Assembly: GCA_003858585.1 (NCBI GenBank)
Contig: RQZE01000006.1
Span: forward strand, 1-32,000
Direction: 5' to 3'
DNA: 32,000 nt
Origin: Erysipelotrichaceae bacterium OH741_COT-311
GTDB taxonomy: Bacteria > Bacillota_I > Bacilli_A > Erysipelotrichales > Erysipelotrichaceae
Shown here: in pieces, positions 9,475-18,462 of the stretch
Position numbering within the stretch: position 1 is the stretch's first letter
How the letters are laid out: every line of letters starts with the position of its first letter
Program-made: the position numbers and the translations under genes
Notes under the pieces: model-generated
Seen by the model: only the letters and a program-made list of their open reading frames with translations
The model's database searches: none
What the model was told of the DNA's origin: nothing

Positions 9475-9544
9475 AAGTCAATGTCCTTTTTTATAGTATA
9501 GAGTATTTATTTTAACATTGAAAATAGTATTTATAAAGATTTCG

Positions 9545-9553
9545 TGTTACAAT
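9545..9553 (+). promoter_or_regulatory. Candidate extended -10 promoter (TGtTACAAT) for the 9574 gene
   Basis: cgTGtTACAATg lies 20 nt upstream of the AGGAG RBS (9563-9567). Confidence 0.35.
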
Positions 9554-9573
9554 GAAAAAAATAGGAGTGTAGT

Positions 9574-10071
9574 ATGAAAAAGTTCTTAAATGTATTTGTT
9601 GGCAGTTTCTTTGTTGCTTTTGGGTTATTCTTATGGTTTAATCCGGTAACTACTCTTTTGACATATTCGCTTTACTTAGGAATTCTTCACTTATTGGGTA
9701 CGATTGGTACACTTATCTTTTATGTGCAACATAAAATTCAACCAATTCCATATGGTTCTATTGTTCTTTCCTTTTTTATAGGAATTATGATTTTATTTAT
9801 TCCAAAGATTTCTTTAACGGTATTACTTTGGGTTTTAGTAGGTAGTATGATAGTGTTAAGTGGATATTGGTTGTTCCACATCTTAACAACGAAAGAAAAA
9901 CATTGGAGTGTTGTTTTGCAATTGTTGTTGGCTTGTGCGGGAGTTGTTTATGCCTTGGTGATGTTATTTTATCCCGGTACAGGATTTAAGACGTTGGCAA
10001 AAGTGATTGCAGGTATTGTTATGATCAATGGACTTTCGTACTTTATCTCTATCAAAAAGAATAAAGACTAA
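9574..10071 (+). CDS. Small integral membrane protein (5-6 predicted TM helices; DUF308/HdeD-like appearance, unverified)
   Basis: 165-aa ORF with an AGGAG RBS. It is almost entirely hydrophobic helices with short loops, and I see no catalytic motif. Confidence 0.6.
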   Translation: MKKFLNVFVGSFFVAFGLFLWFNPVTTLLTYSLYLGILHLLGTIGTLIFYVQHKIQPIPYGSIVLSFFIGIMILFIPKISLTVLLWVLVGSMIVLSGYWLFHILTTKEKHWSVVLQLLLACAGVVYALVMLFYPGTGFKTLAKVIAGIVMINGLSYFISIKKNKD

Positions 10072-10120
10072 TCTTACTTGCTTTTAAGGTAAGAAAGTGA
10101 TATAGTCAGTTGAGGATACA

Positions 10121-10147
10121 TTCCCCCACCATGGAGGGAATTTTTTT
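10121..10147 (+). terminator. Hairpin + T7 run: terminator of the upstream membrane-protein gene; it overlaps the guaC RBS
   Basis: ttccccc (10121-10127) pairs with ggagggaa (10133-10140, one bulged A) over a 5-nt loop, followed by ttttttt (10141-10147) and then the guaC ATG at 10148. The GGAGGG in the 3' arm is the only Shine-Dalgarno for guaC. Confidence 0.6.
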
Positions 10148-11128
10148 ATGGAAAAATTGACCGTTTTTGATTATGAAGACATTCAACTCATCCCACGTAA
10201 ATGTGTGGTTACAAGCCGTAGTCAGTGTGATACCAGTGTAAGACTTGGTAAACATCTATTTAAACTTCCGGTTGTTCCGGCAAATATGCAAACCATTGTG
10301 GATGAAAAAGTGGCAATGTATCTCGCAAAAAAGGGATATTTCTATATCATGCATCGTTTTGAGGAACAAAGTCGATTGGATTTTATTAAGAACATGCAAG
10401 CAGAGGGTTTCATCGCATCCATTAGTGTCGGTGTGAAAGAAAATGAATTTCGCTTTATTGAAACGTTAAGTAAAGAACAAATTGTTCCTGAATATATTAC
10501 GATTGATATTGCTCATGGACACAGTGAACAAGTCATTGACATGATTAAGCATATTAAGCGTTTATTACCGGAAAGCTTTGTGATTGCAGGAAACGTAGCA
10601 ACACCGGAATCAGTAATGGAATTAGAAGAAGCCGGTGCAGATGCAACTAAGGTGGGTATTGGTCCCGGAAAAGTGTGTATTACGAAAATTAAAACAGGAT
10701 TTGGTACCGGTGGTTGGCAACTTGCAGCGATTGAGTGGTGTAGTAAAGTTGCAAAAAAACCGATTATTGCTGATGGTGGAATTCGTACACATGGTGATAT
10801 CGCAAAGTCAATTCGTTTTGGAGCAACTATGGTTATGATTGGTTCTCTATTCGCAGGTCATAAAGAATCACCGGGAGAAATTATTTATGAACACAATCAG
10901 AAATTCAAAGAATATTTTGGTAGTGCCTCAGAATATCAAAAAAAGGAAAAGAAAAACGTTGAAGGAAAACGTATGCTGGTACCATATAAAGGATCATTAG
11001 AAGATACATTATTAGAAATGCAACAGGATTTACAATCTGCTATTTCTTATGCAGGAGGAACGAGGTTAAATGATCTTAAAACAGTAGATTATGTCATAGT
11101 AAGGAACACCATTTATAATGGGGATTAA
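10148..11128 (+). CDS. guaC: GMP reductase
   Basis: 326 aa. The N-terminus [26 protein letters not shown] is typical of Firmicute GuaC. IMPDH/GMPR-fold motifs are present: [26 protein letters not shown] (catalytic Cys loop) and [26 protein letters not shown]. Confidence 0.93.
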   Translation: MEKLTVFDYEDIQLIPRKCVVTSRSQCDTSVRLGKHLFKLPVVPANMQTIVDEKVAMYLAKKGYFYIMHRFEEQSRLDFIKNMQAEGFIASISVGVKENEFRFIETLSKEQIVPEYITIDIAHGHSEQVIDMIKHIKRLLPESFVIAGNVATPESVMELEEAGADATKVGIGPGKVCITKIKTGFGTGGWQLAAIEWCSKVAKKPIIADGGIRTHGDIAKSIRFGATMVMIGSLFAGHKESPGEIIYEHNQKFKEYFGSASEYQKKEKKNVEGKRMLVPYKGSLEDTLLEMQQDLQSAISYAGGTRLNDLKTVDYVIVRNTIYNGD

Positions 11129-11141
11129 AATAGAAAAAGAA

Positions 11142-11168
11142 AACAGATAGAATTTCTATCTGTTTTTT
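11142..11168 (+). terminator. Rho-independent terminator of guaC
   Basis: aacagataga (11142-11151) pairs with tctatctgtt (11155-11164): a perfect 10-bp stem with a 3-nt loop that runs into TTTTTT (11163-11168). Confidence 0.85.
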
Positions 11169-11173
11169 ACATG

Positions 11174-11338
11174 TAGAAGAAACTTTATAAGTATGATAGT
11201 TAACCTGGAAGTCTAATAGAATATGTAACCAATTATCCGCGTTAATCCTTTATAAGTATGATAGTTAACACAATGACGTCATCATGCCAAAAAGCAAATG
11301 GACTAAGCGTTAATCCTTTATAAGTATGATAGTTAACA
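11174..11338 (-). CRISPR. Orphan CRISPR-like mini-array: 3 repeats / 2 spacers, no cas genes in window
   Basis: The 32-nt sequence gcgttaatcctttataagtatgatagttaaca is identical at 11239-11270 and 11307-11338. A third copy ending at 11204 keeps the 22-nt core ctttataagtatgatagttaac (11183-11204) but is degenerate at its left end. The periods are 65 and 68 nt. Unique intervening segments of 33 nt (11206-11238) and 36 nt (11271-11306) are unrelated to each other. Minus orientation is inferred because the degenerate repeat is on the left and the AT-rich leader-like DNA on the right. Confidence 0.5.
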
Positions 11339-11398
11339 ACGTAGTTATCGTGTTTTTTTACGTTGCTAAAGTTATTTTATCATAAAATAGTACAAAAA

Positions 11399-11470
11399 TC
11401 TTCGACCATCGGTAAAAAAATGATGTTATTTCTACCTAAAAAGACATGAAAAATAGGTGATGGTCGAAGA
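11399..11470 (-). terminator. 12-bp perfect inverted repeat with 48-nt spacer followed (minus strand) by TTTTT; possible terminator of the yigZ-family gene or a structured element
   Basis: tcttcgaccatc (11399-11410) pairs with gatggtcgaaga (11459-11470). On the minus strand the second arm is followed by tttttg. The element starts 21 nt after the stop of the 11491-12093 ORF. Confidence 0.4.
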
Positions 11471-11490
11471 ATTTGTAAAAAAAGTAGGAA

Positions 11491-12093
11491 TTATTGTTCT
11501 ATTTCAATCACTTCTGTTTTTATAAATAATGGTAGGAATTGCCCTTTGGTTAGTTCTTGGATGTCTTCTATAATGTTTGCGTATTGGGTGTAAAAGGTAT
11601 AGTGTACATCCTGTTCGTATTGTTTATCGAGAATGTAGGTTTTTTCTTTTAAATAATATTCTAAGATATTAATAAGATCATACGAAAAGGTTAAGGTGTA
11701 AAAACTAACTTCTTTGGTATCTACCTTTTTAGCTAATTCCAGAGTTTCTTTGACACTGCGTGTATAGGCTTTAATTAGTCCTCCGGTACCTAGTTTGATT
11801 CCTCCAAAATAACGAACAACCACTACGCATATATCTTCCACATCACTATTGAGTAACACATTTAGCATGGGTGCTCCAGCTGTTTTGGCAGGTTCTCCAT
11901 CGTCATTACTACGCATGATTTGACGGTTTTGACATAGAAAAGCAGTGCAGTGATGGGTAGCCGTTGGGTGGAGTTTTTTAATGTGTTGTATATAGCTACG
12001 AGCTTCTTCTTCTTTAAAGCATCGAGTCATATAGGTTATGAATTTTGATTTTTCAATTTCAATAGTATGGATAAATTCTTCTTTTAAGCGCAT
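11491..12093 (-). CDS. YigZ / IMPACT-family (UPF0029) protein
   Basis: 200 aa with an AAAGGA RBS. It carries the family signature around SNDDGEPAKTAGAPML and FGGIKLGTGGLIKAY. Confidence 0.8.
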   Translation of the reverse strand: MRLKEEFIHTIEIEKSKFITYMTRCFKEEEARSYIQHIKKLHPTATHHCTAFLCQNRQIMRSNDDGEPAKTAGAPMLNVLLNSDVEDICVVVVRYFGGIKLGTGGLIKAYTRSVKETLELAKKVDTKEVSFYTLTFSYDLINILEYYLKEKTYILDKQYEQDVHYTFYTQYANIIEDIQELTKGQFLPLFIKTEVIEIEQ

Positions 12094-12144
12094 AGTAAAT
12101 TCCTTTGTTTTATTATACGCTGAATTGTTTTTTTAGAAAAGTTT

Positions 12145-12174
12145 TTGCTTAATCTTGATAAATCAAGTTATAAT
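12145..12174 (+). promoter_or_regulatory. Candidate sigma-A promoter of the MATE gene with an embedded 14-bp perfect palindrome
   Basis: TTGCTT (12145-12150), 18 nt, then TATAAT (12169-12174). The spacer contains CTTGATAAATCAAG (12154-12167), a perfect palindrome. Confidence 0.4.
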
Positions 12175-12194
12175 ATACTACTAAGGAGAAATTT

Positions 12195-13541
12195 ATGAGA
12201 CAATCAGACAAAATGGCAAACTGGTCAATTCCGAAGTTGTTGTACTCAATGAGTATACCGGCAGTTTTTTCTATGTTTGTTCAAGCTATGTATAACATTG
12301 TAGATACCATCTATGTTTCACAAATATCAGAGGATGCCTTGTTTTCGATAGGTCTTGTATTTCCGGTACAAATGCTATTGATATCCATTGCGCTTGGAAC
12401 CTCTGTTGGATCAGGATCTTTGATTGCACGTCGTTTAGGGGCAAAGAATTATGAAGAAGCAAATAAGGTAGCTACTACCGGTTTGGTATTAACAACAATC
12501 AACTATATAGTTATTGCTTTAGCGGGCTTTATGTTAACGAAACAATTTGTAATGTTATTTACAAGTAGAGATGTCATTGTAACGATGGCAAGTGATTACT
12601 TGTCTATAGTTATGATTTTTAGTGTAGGGATGTTTATGGCTATCTATTTTGAACGTGTTCTACAATCTCAGGGAAATATGATAGTTCCAATGTTATCGCA
12701 ATTAATAGGGGCAGTGATCAATATTATTTTAGATCCTTTGTTTATTTTTGGTTTCGGTTTTATACCTGCCTTAGGTATTAAGGGCGCAGCCATTGCGACC
12801 ATTACTGCACAATTTGCTAGTGTGGTATTTATGCAGGTTGTGTTTTGGAAGATTAAAAAAGATGTGCATATTGAGTTAAAAGGTTTTCAATTACAATGGA
12901 AACGTATAAAAGATATTTACAGTATTGGTATACCGGTAGCGTTTATCAGTGCGTTATCTTCAGTGGCGATTACCATTGTTAATGGATTGTTAATCAGTAT
13001 TTCAGAATTAGGGGTGAATGCTTTATCCATTTATTTTAAATTACAGTCTTTTGTGTTTATGCCATGTTTTGGATTTAATCAGGGAACGTTACCAATTCTA
13101 TCCTATAGTTATGGTGCTAAGGATTATCATCGTTATATCAAAACATTTCGTTTGTATGTCACCACAACCATCTCAATTACTTTACTAGGGGCGCTTATGT
13201 TTTGGTTACATACCGATTTCTTTATTAATTTATTTCATCCTTCACAGGAATTATTGGTGATTACCCGTGATACGTTACGTATTATTTCATTGTGTTATTT
13301 CTTTTATGCCTTGTCCATTGCGATGGGTACGATTTTTCAATCGTTAGGGATTGGAGTTTATAGTATGTATATGGCAATTTTAAGACAAGTGATTTTATTG
13401 CTTCCGCTGGCTTATCTATTATCACATTTTTTTGGCTTAACAGGAGTTTGGATGGCGTATCCGATTACGGAGGCTGTAATTTGTATGGTCTTTGTGCCAA
13501 TTTGTATTAAGAATGTAAAAATGAAGTTTAATAGGGCTTAG
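12195..13541 (+). CDS. MATE-family multidrug/toxic-compound efflux transporter
   Basis: 448 aa with an AAGGAG RBS and about 12 hydrophobic helices. The N-terminal pattern LLYSMSIPAVFSMFVQAMYNIVDTIYVSQI...ALFSIGLVFPV and the internal GAKNYEEANKV loop are typical of the MATE/NorM-DinF family. Confidence 0.88.
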   Translation: MRQSDKMANWSIPKLLYSMSIPAVFSMFVQAMYNIVDTIYVSQISEDALFSIGLVFPVQMLLISIALGTSVGSGSLIARRLGAKNYEEANKVATTGLVLTTINYIVIALAGFMLTKQFVMLFTSRDVIVTMASDYLSIVMIFSVGMFMAIYFERVLQSQGNMIVPMLSQLIGAVINIILDPLFIFGFGFIPALGIKGAAIATITAQFASVVFMQVVFWKIKKDVHIELKGFQLQWKRIKDIYSIGIPVAFISALSSVAITIVNGLLISISELGVNALSIYFKLQSFVFMPCFGFNQGTLPILSYSYGAKDYHRYIKTFRLYVTTTISITLLGALMFWLHTDFFINLFHPSQELLVITRDTLRIISLCYFFYALSIAMGTIFQSLGIGVYSMYMAILRQVILLLPLAYLLSHFFGLTGVWMAYPITEAVICMVFVPICIKNVKMKFNRA

Positions 13542-13564
13542 GTATCATGGCTTTTGTGTGAGTG

Positions 13565-13573
13565 TGCTATAAT
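13565..13573 (+). promoter_or_regulatory. Candidate extended -10 promoter (TGcTATAAT) upstream of uvrA
   Basis: gtgTGcTATAATtg lies 22 nt upstream of the uvrA start. No LexA/Cheo box was seen. Confidence 0.35.
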
Positions 13574-13595
13574 TGAGGTGATTTAGAGGTAAAGT

Positions 13596-16412
13596 ATGAA
13601 GCAAGATAAAATAGTAATTAAAGGAGCTCGAGTAAATAACTTAAAGAATATTGACTTAGAGATTCCTCGTAATAAATTAGTAATTATGACGGGCTTATCG
13701 GGTTCGGGAAAGACGTCACTTGCCTTTGATACGATTTATGCGGAAGGACAACGACGTTATGTAGAATCTTTGTCTGCGTATGCTCGTCAGTTTTTAGGTG
13801 GAGTGGAAAAACCGGATGTCGATTTGATTGAAGGGTTATCTCCGGCAATTTCCATTGATCAAAAAACAACGAGTAATAATCCGCGTTCGACCGTAGGGAC
13901 AGTAACAGAAATCTATGATTATTTACGTTTGTTTTGGGCGCGTATAGGCACGCCCTTTTGTCCGATTCATCATGAACCGATTGAATCGCAAACCATATCA
14001 CAAATGATTGAGCGTATTATGTTGTTGGAAGAAGGTTCCAAGCTTGAAATTCTAGCACCGGTTGTTCGTCGTAGTAAAGGAACACATAAAGATTTATTGG
14101 ATAAATTATTTAAAGATGGATATGTGCGTTGTTATATTGATCAAGAGTTAGTATTGATTGAAGAGGCACCAAGTTTAGAAAAGAATAAAAATCATACGAT
14201 TAGTGTCGTCGTAGATCGTATTATAAAAAAAGAAGATATTCGTAGTCGTCTACATGACTCCCTTGAAACATGTTTAAAACTAGCAAATGGTCTTGCGATT
14301 GTAAAGTGTGGAGATGAAGAAACCTTATTTTCAAGTAATTATAGTTGTCCACATTGTGGTTTTAGTGTGCCTAATTTAGAGCCTCGCTTGTTTTCTTTTA
14401 ATAGTCCTCTTGGTGCTTGTCATCAATGTAAAGGTTTAGGTATTACGCAAGAAGTGGATGTAGAGCTTTTGATTCCGGATGATCGTTTAAGTATCCATGA
14501 AGGTGGTATTCGCTATTATAAAAATATTGTAAATACGACGAATTTAGAGTGGCAGAAGTTTGAAATTTTATGTCGTCATTACGAGATTGATTTGGATAAA
14601 CCGTTAAAAGATTTTACAAAAAAAGAGTTAGATATTATTTTAGTGGGTTCGGATGAAGAAATTAAGTATGAAATTCATTCTAATAGTGGAAATAAGTATA
14701 TTCGTAAGGAATATATTGAAGGAGTAAAGACCTTAATTGAACGTCGTTTCTTTGAAACCAATTCTAATTTTTCAAAAGAGTGGTATCAAACTTTTATTAT
14801 GGAAACAACATGTAAGACGTGTTTGGGGAAACGTTTAAATGAAGTGGCTTTATCTGTAAAAGTCAATGACTTCAGTATTCATGATTTTACACATTTATCC
14901 ATTGAAAAAGCCTTAACATGGATTCAGGAAGTAAAATTAAATGAAACACAAATGGAAATTGCAAGGTTAGTGATTGCGGAAATTACCAATCGTTTAACAT
15001 TCTTAAATGATGTTGGTTTAGGTTATATTACTTTAGATCGCTTTGCCGGTACTTTAAGTGGTGGAGAGGCTCAGCGTATTCGTCTAGCTACTCAAATCGG
15101 TTCTAAGTTAACCGGTGTTTTATATGTCTTAGATGAACCTTCTATAGGATTGCATCAAAAAGACAATGCGAAGTTAATTCAAACGTTAAAGAATATGCGT
15201 GATTTAGGAAATTCCTTGATTGTCGTGGAACATGATGAAGAAACGATGATGGAATCGGATTACATTGTTGATATTGGTCCTGCGGCAGGTCTTGCAGGGG
15301 GTCAAGTTATGGCGGTGGGTACTCCGCAAGAAGTCATGGAAAATCCAAATTCGATTACGGGGCAATATCTAAAAGGAACATTGAAGATTGAGTATCCTAA
15401 GAAGCGTAGTAAAGGGAATGGTAAATTCATTGAAGTTAAAAAAGCAAGCGAAAATAATTTAAAGGATGTAGATGTTAAAATTCCACTTGGTACAATGTGT
15501 GTAGTAACCGGTGTAAGCGGTAGTGGGAAATCGACGTTAGTGAATGAAATTATTTGTAAGGCTGCGAAACAGTATTTAGGTCATGTGCGTAGTAAACCCG
15601 GTAAATATAAAACAATCAAAGGGTTAGAACATATTGATAAAGTGATTGAAATTGATCAAGATCCGATCGGACGTACACCACGTTCCAATCCGGCGACGTA
15701 TACAGGAGTTTTTGATGATATTCGTGACTTATTCGCATTAACTCCATTGGCGAAATTAAAGGGGTATGATAAAGGCCGTTTCTCTTTTAATGTGAAAGGT
15801 GGACGTTGTGAAGCTTGTCAAGGAGATGGATTAAAGCGTATTTCTATGCATTTTTTACCGGATGTCTATGTTCCTTGTAGTCAATGCCATGGGGCTCGTT
15901 ATAATGAAGAGACACTTGAAGTTAAATATAAAGAGAAAAGTATTTATGATATTTTAGAGATGACCATTGAAGATGCGTTGGTGTTCTTTGGTAATATTGC
16001 AAAAATTAAAAATAAACTAGAAACATTAAACGATGTAGGTTTAGGCTATTTAAAACTTGGACAAAGCGCAACCACTTTAAGTGGAGGAGAAGCTCAACGT
16101 GTAAAACTGGCTAGTGAACTACAAAAAAAGGCAACTGGTAAAACGATGTTTGTTTTGGATGAACCAACGACAGGGTTACATACTCATGATGTAGCCAAGT
16201 TATTAAAGGTATTAAAACGCATTGAAGCCAATGGGGATACGGTTATTATTATTGAACATAATTTAGATATTATTAAAAATGCGGATTATATTATTGACCT
16301 TGGTCCATTAGGTGGCGATGGTGGAGGTCAAATTGTAGCGAAAGGAACGCCTGAGGAAGTAAGTAAAATCAAAGAAAGCTTTACAGGAGCGTATTTAAAG
16401 AAGGTGTTATAA
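13596..16412 (+). CDS. uvrA: Excinuclease ABC subunit A
   Basis: 938 aa. It has two ABC ATPase modules (Walker [13 protein letters not shown] and [11 protein letters not shown]; signature [12 protein letters not shown] and [12 protein letters not shown]) and zinc modules CPHCGF...CHQCKG and CEACQGDG...CSQCHG. Confidence 0.98.
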   Translation: MKQDKIVIKGARVNNLKNIDLEIPRNKLVIMTGLSGSGKTSLAFDTIYAEGQRRYVESLSAYARQFLGGVEKPDVDLIEGLSPAISIDQKTTSNNPRSTVGTVTEIYDYLRLFWARIGTPFCPIHHEPIESQTISQMIERIMLLEEGSKLEILAPVVRRSKGTHKDLLDKLFKDGYVRCYIDQELVLIEEAPSLEKNKNHTISVVVDRIIKKEDIRSRLHDSLETCLKLANGLAIVKCGDEETLFSSNYSCPHCGFSVPNLEPRLFSFNSPLGACHQCKGLGITQEVDVELLIPDDRLSIHEGGIRYYKNIVNTTNLEWQKFEILCRHYEIDLDKPLKDFTKKELDIILVGSDEEIKYEIHSNSGNKYIRKEYIEGVKTLIERRFFETNSNFSKEWYQTFIMETTCKTCLGKRLNEVALSVKVNDFSIHDFTHLSIEKALTWIQEVKLNETQMEIARLVIAEITNRLTFLNDVGLGYITLDRFAGTLSGGEAQRIRLATQIGSKLTGVLYVLDEPSIGLHQKDNAKLIQTLKNMRDLGNSLIVVEHDEETMMESDYIVDIGPAAGLAGGQVMAVGTPQEVMENPNSITGQYLKGTLKIEYPKKRSKGNGKFIEVKKASENNLKDVDVKIPLGTMCVVTGVSGSGKSTLVNEIICKAAKQYLGHVRSKPGKYKTIKGLEHIDKVIEIDQDPIGRTPRSNPATYTGVFDDIRDLFALTPLAKLKGYDKGRFSFNVKGGRCEACQGDGLKRISMHFLPDVYVPCSQCHGARYNEETLEVKYKEKSIYDILEMTIEDALVFFGNIAKIKNKLETLNDVGLGYLKLGQSATTLSGGEAQRVKLASELQKKATGKTMFVLDEPTTGLHTHDVAKLLKVLKRIEANGDTVIIIEHNLDIIKNADYIIDLGPLGGDGGGQIVAKGTPEEVSKIKESFTGAYLKKVL

Positions 16413-16413
16413 G

Positions 16414-17364
16414 ATGGAAAATTTTGAAGGAAAAGTAAGAATTCGTGAAATTAAAGATTATTTTAATTTCAATGTCATTTGTGGAAATGAAGAGGCATTA
16501 GATCGTTGGGTGATTGTTCCGGATGTCAATCGTCCGGGGCTGGAGTTGGCAGGGTTTTATAAACATACAGAGCCAAAGCGTATTGTTATTATCGGTGATA
16601 AAGAACAAGCTTATATTGAAACGTTAGAAGAACATGTATTACGTGAGCGTTTTGAGTTTTTAACGGATGCTTATACGCCATGTATTATCATTACTCGTAA
16701 TCGTCAATGTCATCCATTGTTGATGGAGATTGCTCAACACCGTAATTTTCCTATTTTACAAACAGAACTTCCAACGTTCCGTTGCATGGTCGATTTGATT
16801 AGTTTTCTGGATGAAAAATTAGCGGATACAGACTCATTGCATGGTGTATTGGTAAATGTGTATGGGATTGGGGTATTGTTAAGTGGAGAATCCGGTATGG
16901 GGAAATCGGAGATTGCCCTAGAGTTAATCAAAAAAGGTCATGTTTTAGTGGCAGATGATCGTGTCGATGTTTTCCGTATTCATAATTCCCTAGTTGGTCA
17001 ACCACATGAATTGTTGCAGGGAATGCTTGAAATTCGAGGAATAGGGGTCATTGATGTGGGTAAGATGTTTGGTGCCAGTGCGATTTTGGATAAGACCAAA
17101 ATTGATTTGGTAATTTATTTACAAAAGTTTGATTCTAAAATTGAATTTGATCGTTTAGGTATCGAAGATGAACGTTATATGGATATTTTAGGTGTTCATG
17201 TTCCCAAGTTGGATCTTCCGGTTAAAGAAGGACGATCAATGGGAGTGCTTGTTGAATCGGCAGTTACAAATTTCCGTTTAAAACAAATTGGGTTTAATAG
17301 TGCCAAAGAGTTTGAAAAACGTGTGTTAGAAAATATTGAAAAAGAAAGACAAAGAAATGGGTAG
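16414..17364 (+). CDS. hprK: HPr kinase/phosphorylase
   Basis: 316 aa, starting 2 nt after the uvrA stop. It has the P-loop GESGMGKSEIALELIKKGHVLVADDRV and the LEIRGIGVIDV signature. Confidence 0.96.
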   Translation: MENFEGKVRIREIKDYFNFNVICGNEEALDRWVIVPDVNRPGLELAGFYKHTEPKRIVIIGDKEQAYIETLEEHVLRERFEFLTDAYTPCIIITRNRQCHPLLMEIAQHRNFPILQTELPTFRCMVDLISFLDEKLADTDSLHGVLVNVYGIGVLLSGESGMGKSEIALELIKKGHVLVADDRVDVFRIHNSLVGQPHELLQGMLEIRGIGVIDVGKMFGASAILDKTKIDLVIYLQKFDSKIEFDRLGIEDERYMDILGVHVPKLDLPVKEGRSMGVLVESAVTNFRLKQIGFNSAKEFEKRVLENIEKERQRNG

Positions 17365-17373
17365 AATAAGACT

Positions 17374-18462
17374 ATGAATTTATTTCCAGATATGAAAACA
17401 GTGGTTTCCTTTGGTACACTTGAGATTAAGTGGTATGCAATTATTATTTTATTCGCTGCCATTATGACGTATTATTTATCCCTACAAGAATTTAAAAAAT
17501 TTGGATATGAAAAAAACATCATGGAGGACTTTTTCGTCTATACCTTTGGTGTTGGTTTAGTGGGAGCACGTCTGTGGTTTTGTGTGTTTTATGATTTTAA
17601 ATATTATTTTTTCAATCCGATTAACTTATTAAAGGTGTATGAAGGGGGATTGGCTATTCAAGGTGGTTTAGTCTTTGGAGCACTATTTGCCTATTGGTTT
17701 TTAAAGAAACGTAATATTAGTTTTTTACGTATGGCAGATGCGATTGCACCTAATATTTTAATTGCTTCATTTATTGGACGATGGGCGAACTTTATTAATC
17801 AAGAAGCGTTTGGTCCAATTGTTCCGGAAAGTTTTTATCAATATTTCCCAAGTTTTATAAAACAAGGAATGTACATTCAAGGGAATTATCATTTACCAAC
17901 GTTCTTTATGGAGTCTATGGGTTGTTTGATTGGTTGGTTGTTGATTAAGTTTGTGTATCGTCGTTTCTTTAAGGTAAAACGAGGGCATTTGGCGTATAGT
18001 TACTTACTTGCCTATGGTATTATTCGTATCTATGTAGAAAGTTTCCGTACCGATAGTTTATATATCGGTCCATTAAAAATGGCACAGATGACATCTTTAG
18101 CATTTATCATTGTAGCTATCTTGGGTTATAGTGGGCTCTTTGATCGATTTATTAAAAAACGTAAACCTTATATTTTATTTAAGGTAACCCACATGGATCA
18201 AGTGGTTTATGATAACTTAAAGAAAGAATATCAAGTAGGCATCTTAGATAAAGACTTAAAAGAATATATCAAAGAACATAAGATTAGTCATGATGAATTT
18301 ATTTTGGTAAGTGATGAAGAAGCATTGTTAAAACAAGGAACAAGCCTAGGTTTATATACGGTAGGGTATCATGTTCCGGCTAAGAATCAAGTCATTAATG
18401 ATTTAAATAAGATTCATGGTATTTTAAAACAAAACATTCATTTTACATACAATGAGGTCTAA
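17374..18462 (+). CDS. lgt: Prolipoprotein diacylglyceryl transferase with a 97-aa C-terminal cytoplasmic extension (degenerate HAD-like)
   Basis: Residues 1-265 look like Lgt: WYAIIILFAAI..., GARLWF, GGLAIQGGLVFGA, IGRWANFINQEAFG, ESFRTDSL. hprK-lgt linkage is conserved in Bacillota. Residues 266-362 (nt 18169-18459) are extra compared with typical 270-290-aa Lgt proteins. Confidence 0.9.
   Translation: MNLFPDMKTVVSFGTLEIKWYAIIILFAAIMTYYLSLQEFKKFGYEKNIMEDFFVYTFGVGLVGARLWFCVFYDFKYYFFNPINLLKVYEGGLAIQGGLVFGALFAYWFLKKRNISFLRMADAIAPNILIASFIGRWANFINQEAFGPIVPESFYQYFPSFIKQGMYIQGNYHLPTFFMESMGCLIGWLLIKFVYRRFFKVKRGHLAYSYLLAYGIIRIYVESFRTDSLYIGPLKMAQMTSLAFIIVAILGYSGLFDRFIKKRKPYILFKVTHMDQVVYDNLKKEYQVGILDKDLKEYIKEHKISHDEFILVSDEEALLKQGTSLGLYTVGYHVPAKNQVINDLNKIHGILKQNIHFTYNEV

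Noticed and set aside
10072-10147. Possible purine/guanine riboswitch upstream of guaC.
   Set aside because: Only 76 nt are available. I see none of the conserved purine-riboswitch junction or loop sequences, only a small hairpin plus a terminator.
10245-10838. Two small plus-strand ORFs (10245-10436, 10635-10838) inside guaC.
   Set aside because: They are out-of-frame ORFs within a confidently identified GMP reductase gene.
13542-13595. LexA (Cheo/SOS) box upstream of uvrA.
   Set aside because: No GAAC-N4-GTTC-like sequence is present; only an extended -10-like element is visible.
13684-14001. 105-aa minus-strand ORF. Similar antisense ORFs lie at 16734-16931, 17196-17462, 18552-18737, 20330-20539, 20794-21165, 21134-21472, 21630-21839, 22193-22378, 22913-23185, 24760-25011, 25106-25452, 25641-25889, 27061-27246, 27581-27796, 28214-28405 and 29926-30132.
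   Set aside because: Each is antisense to a CDS with strong motif support (uvrA, hprK, lgt, ula genes and others). They lack RBSs and have skewed, low-complexity translations typical of AT-rich antisense frames.
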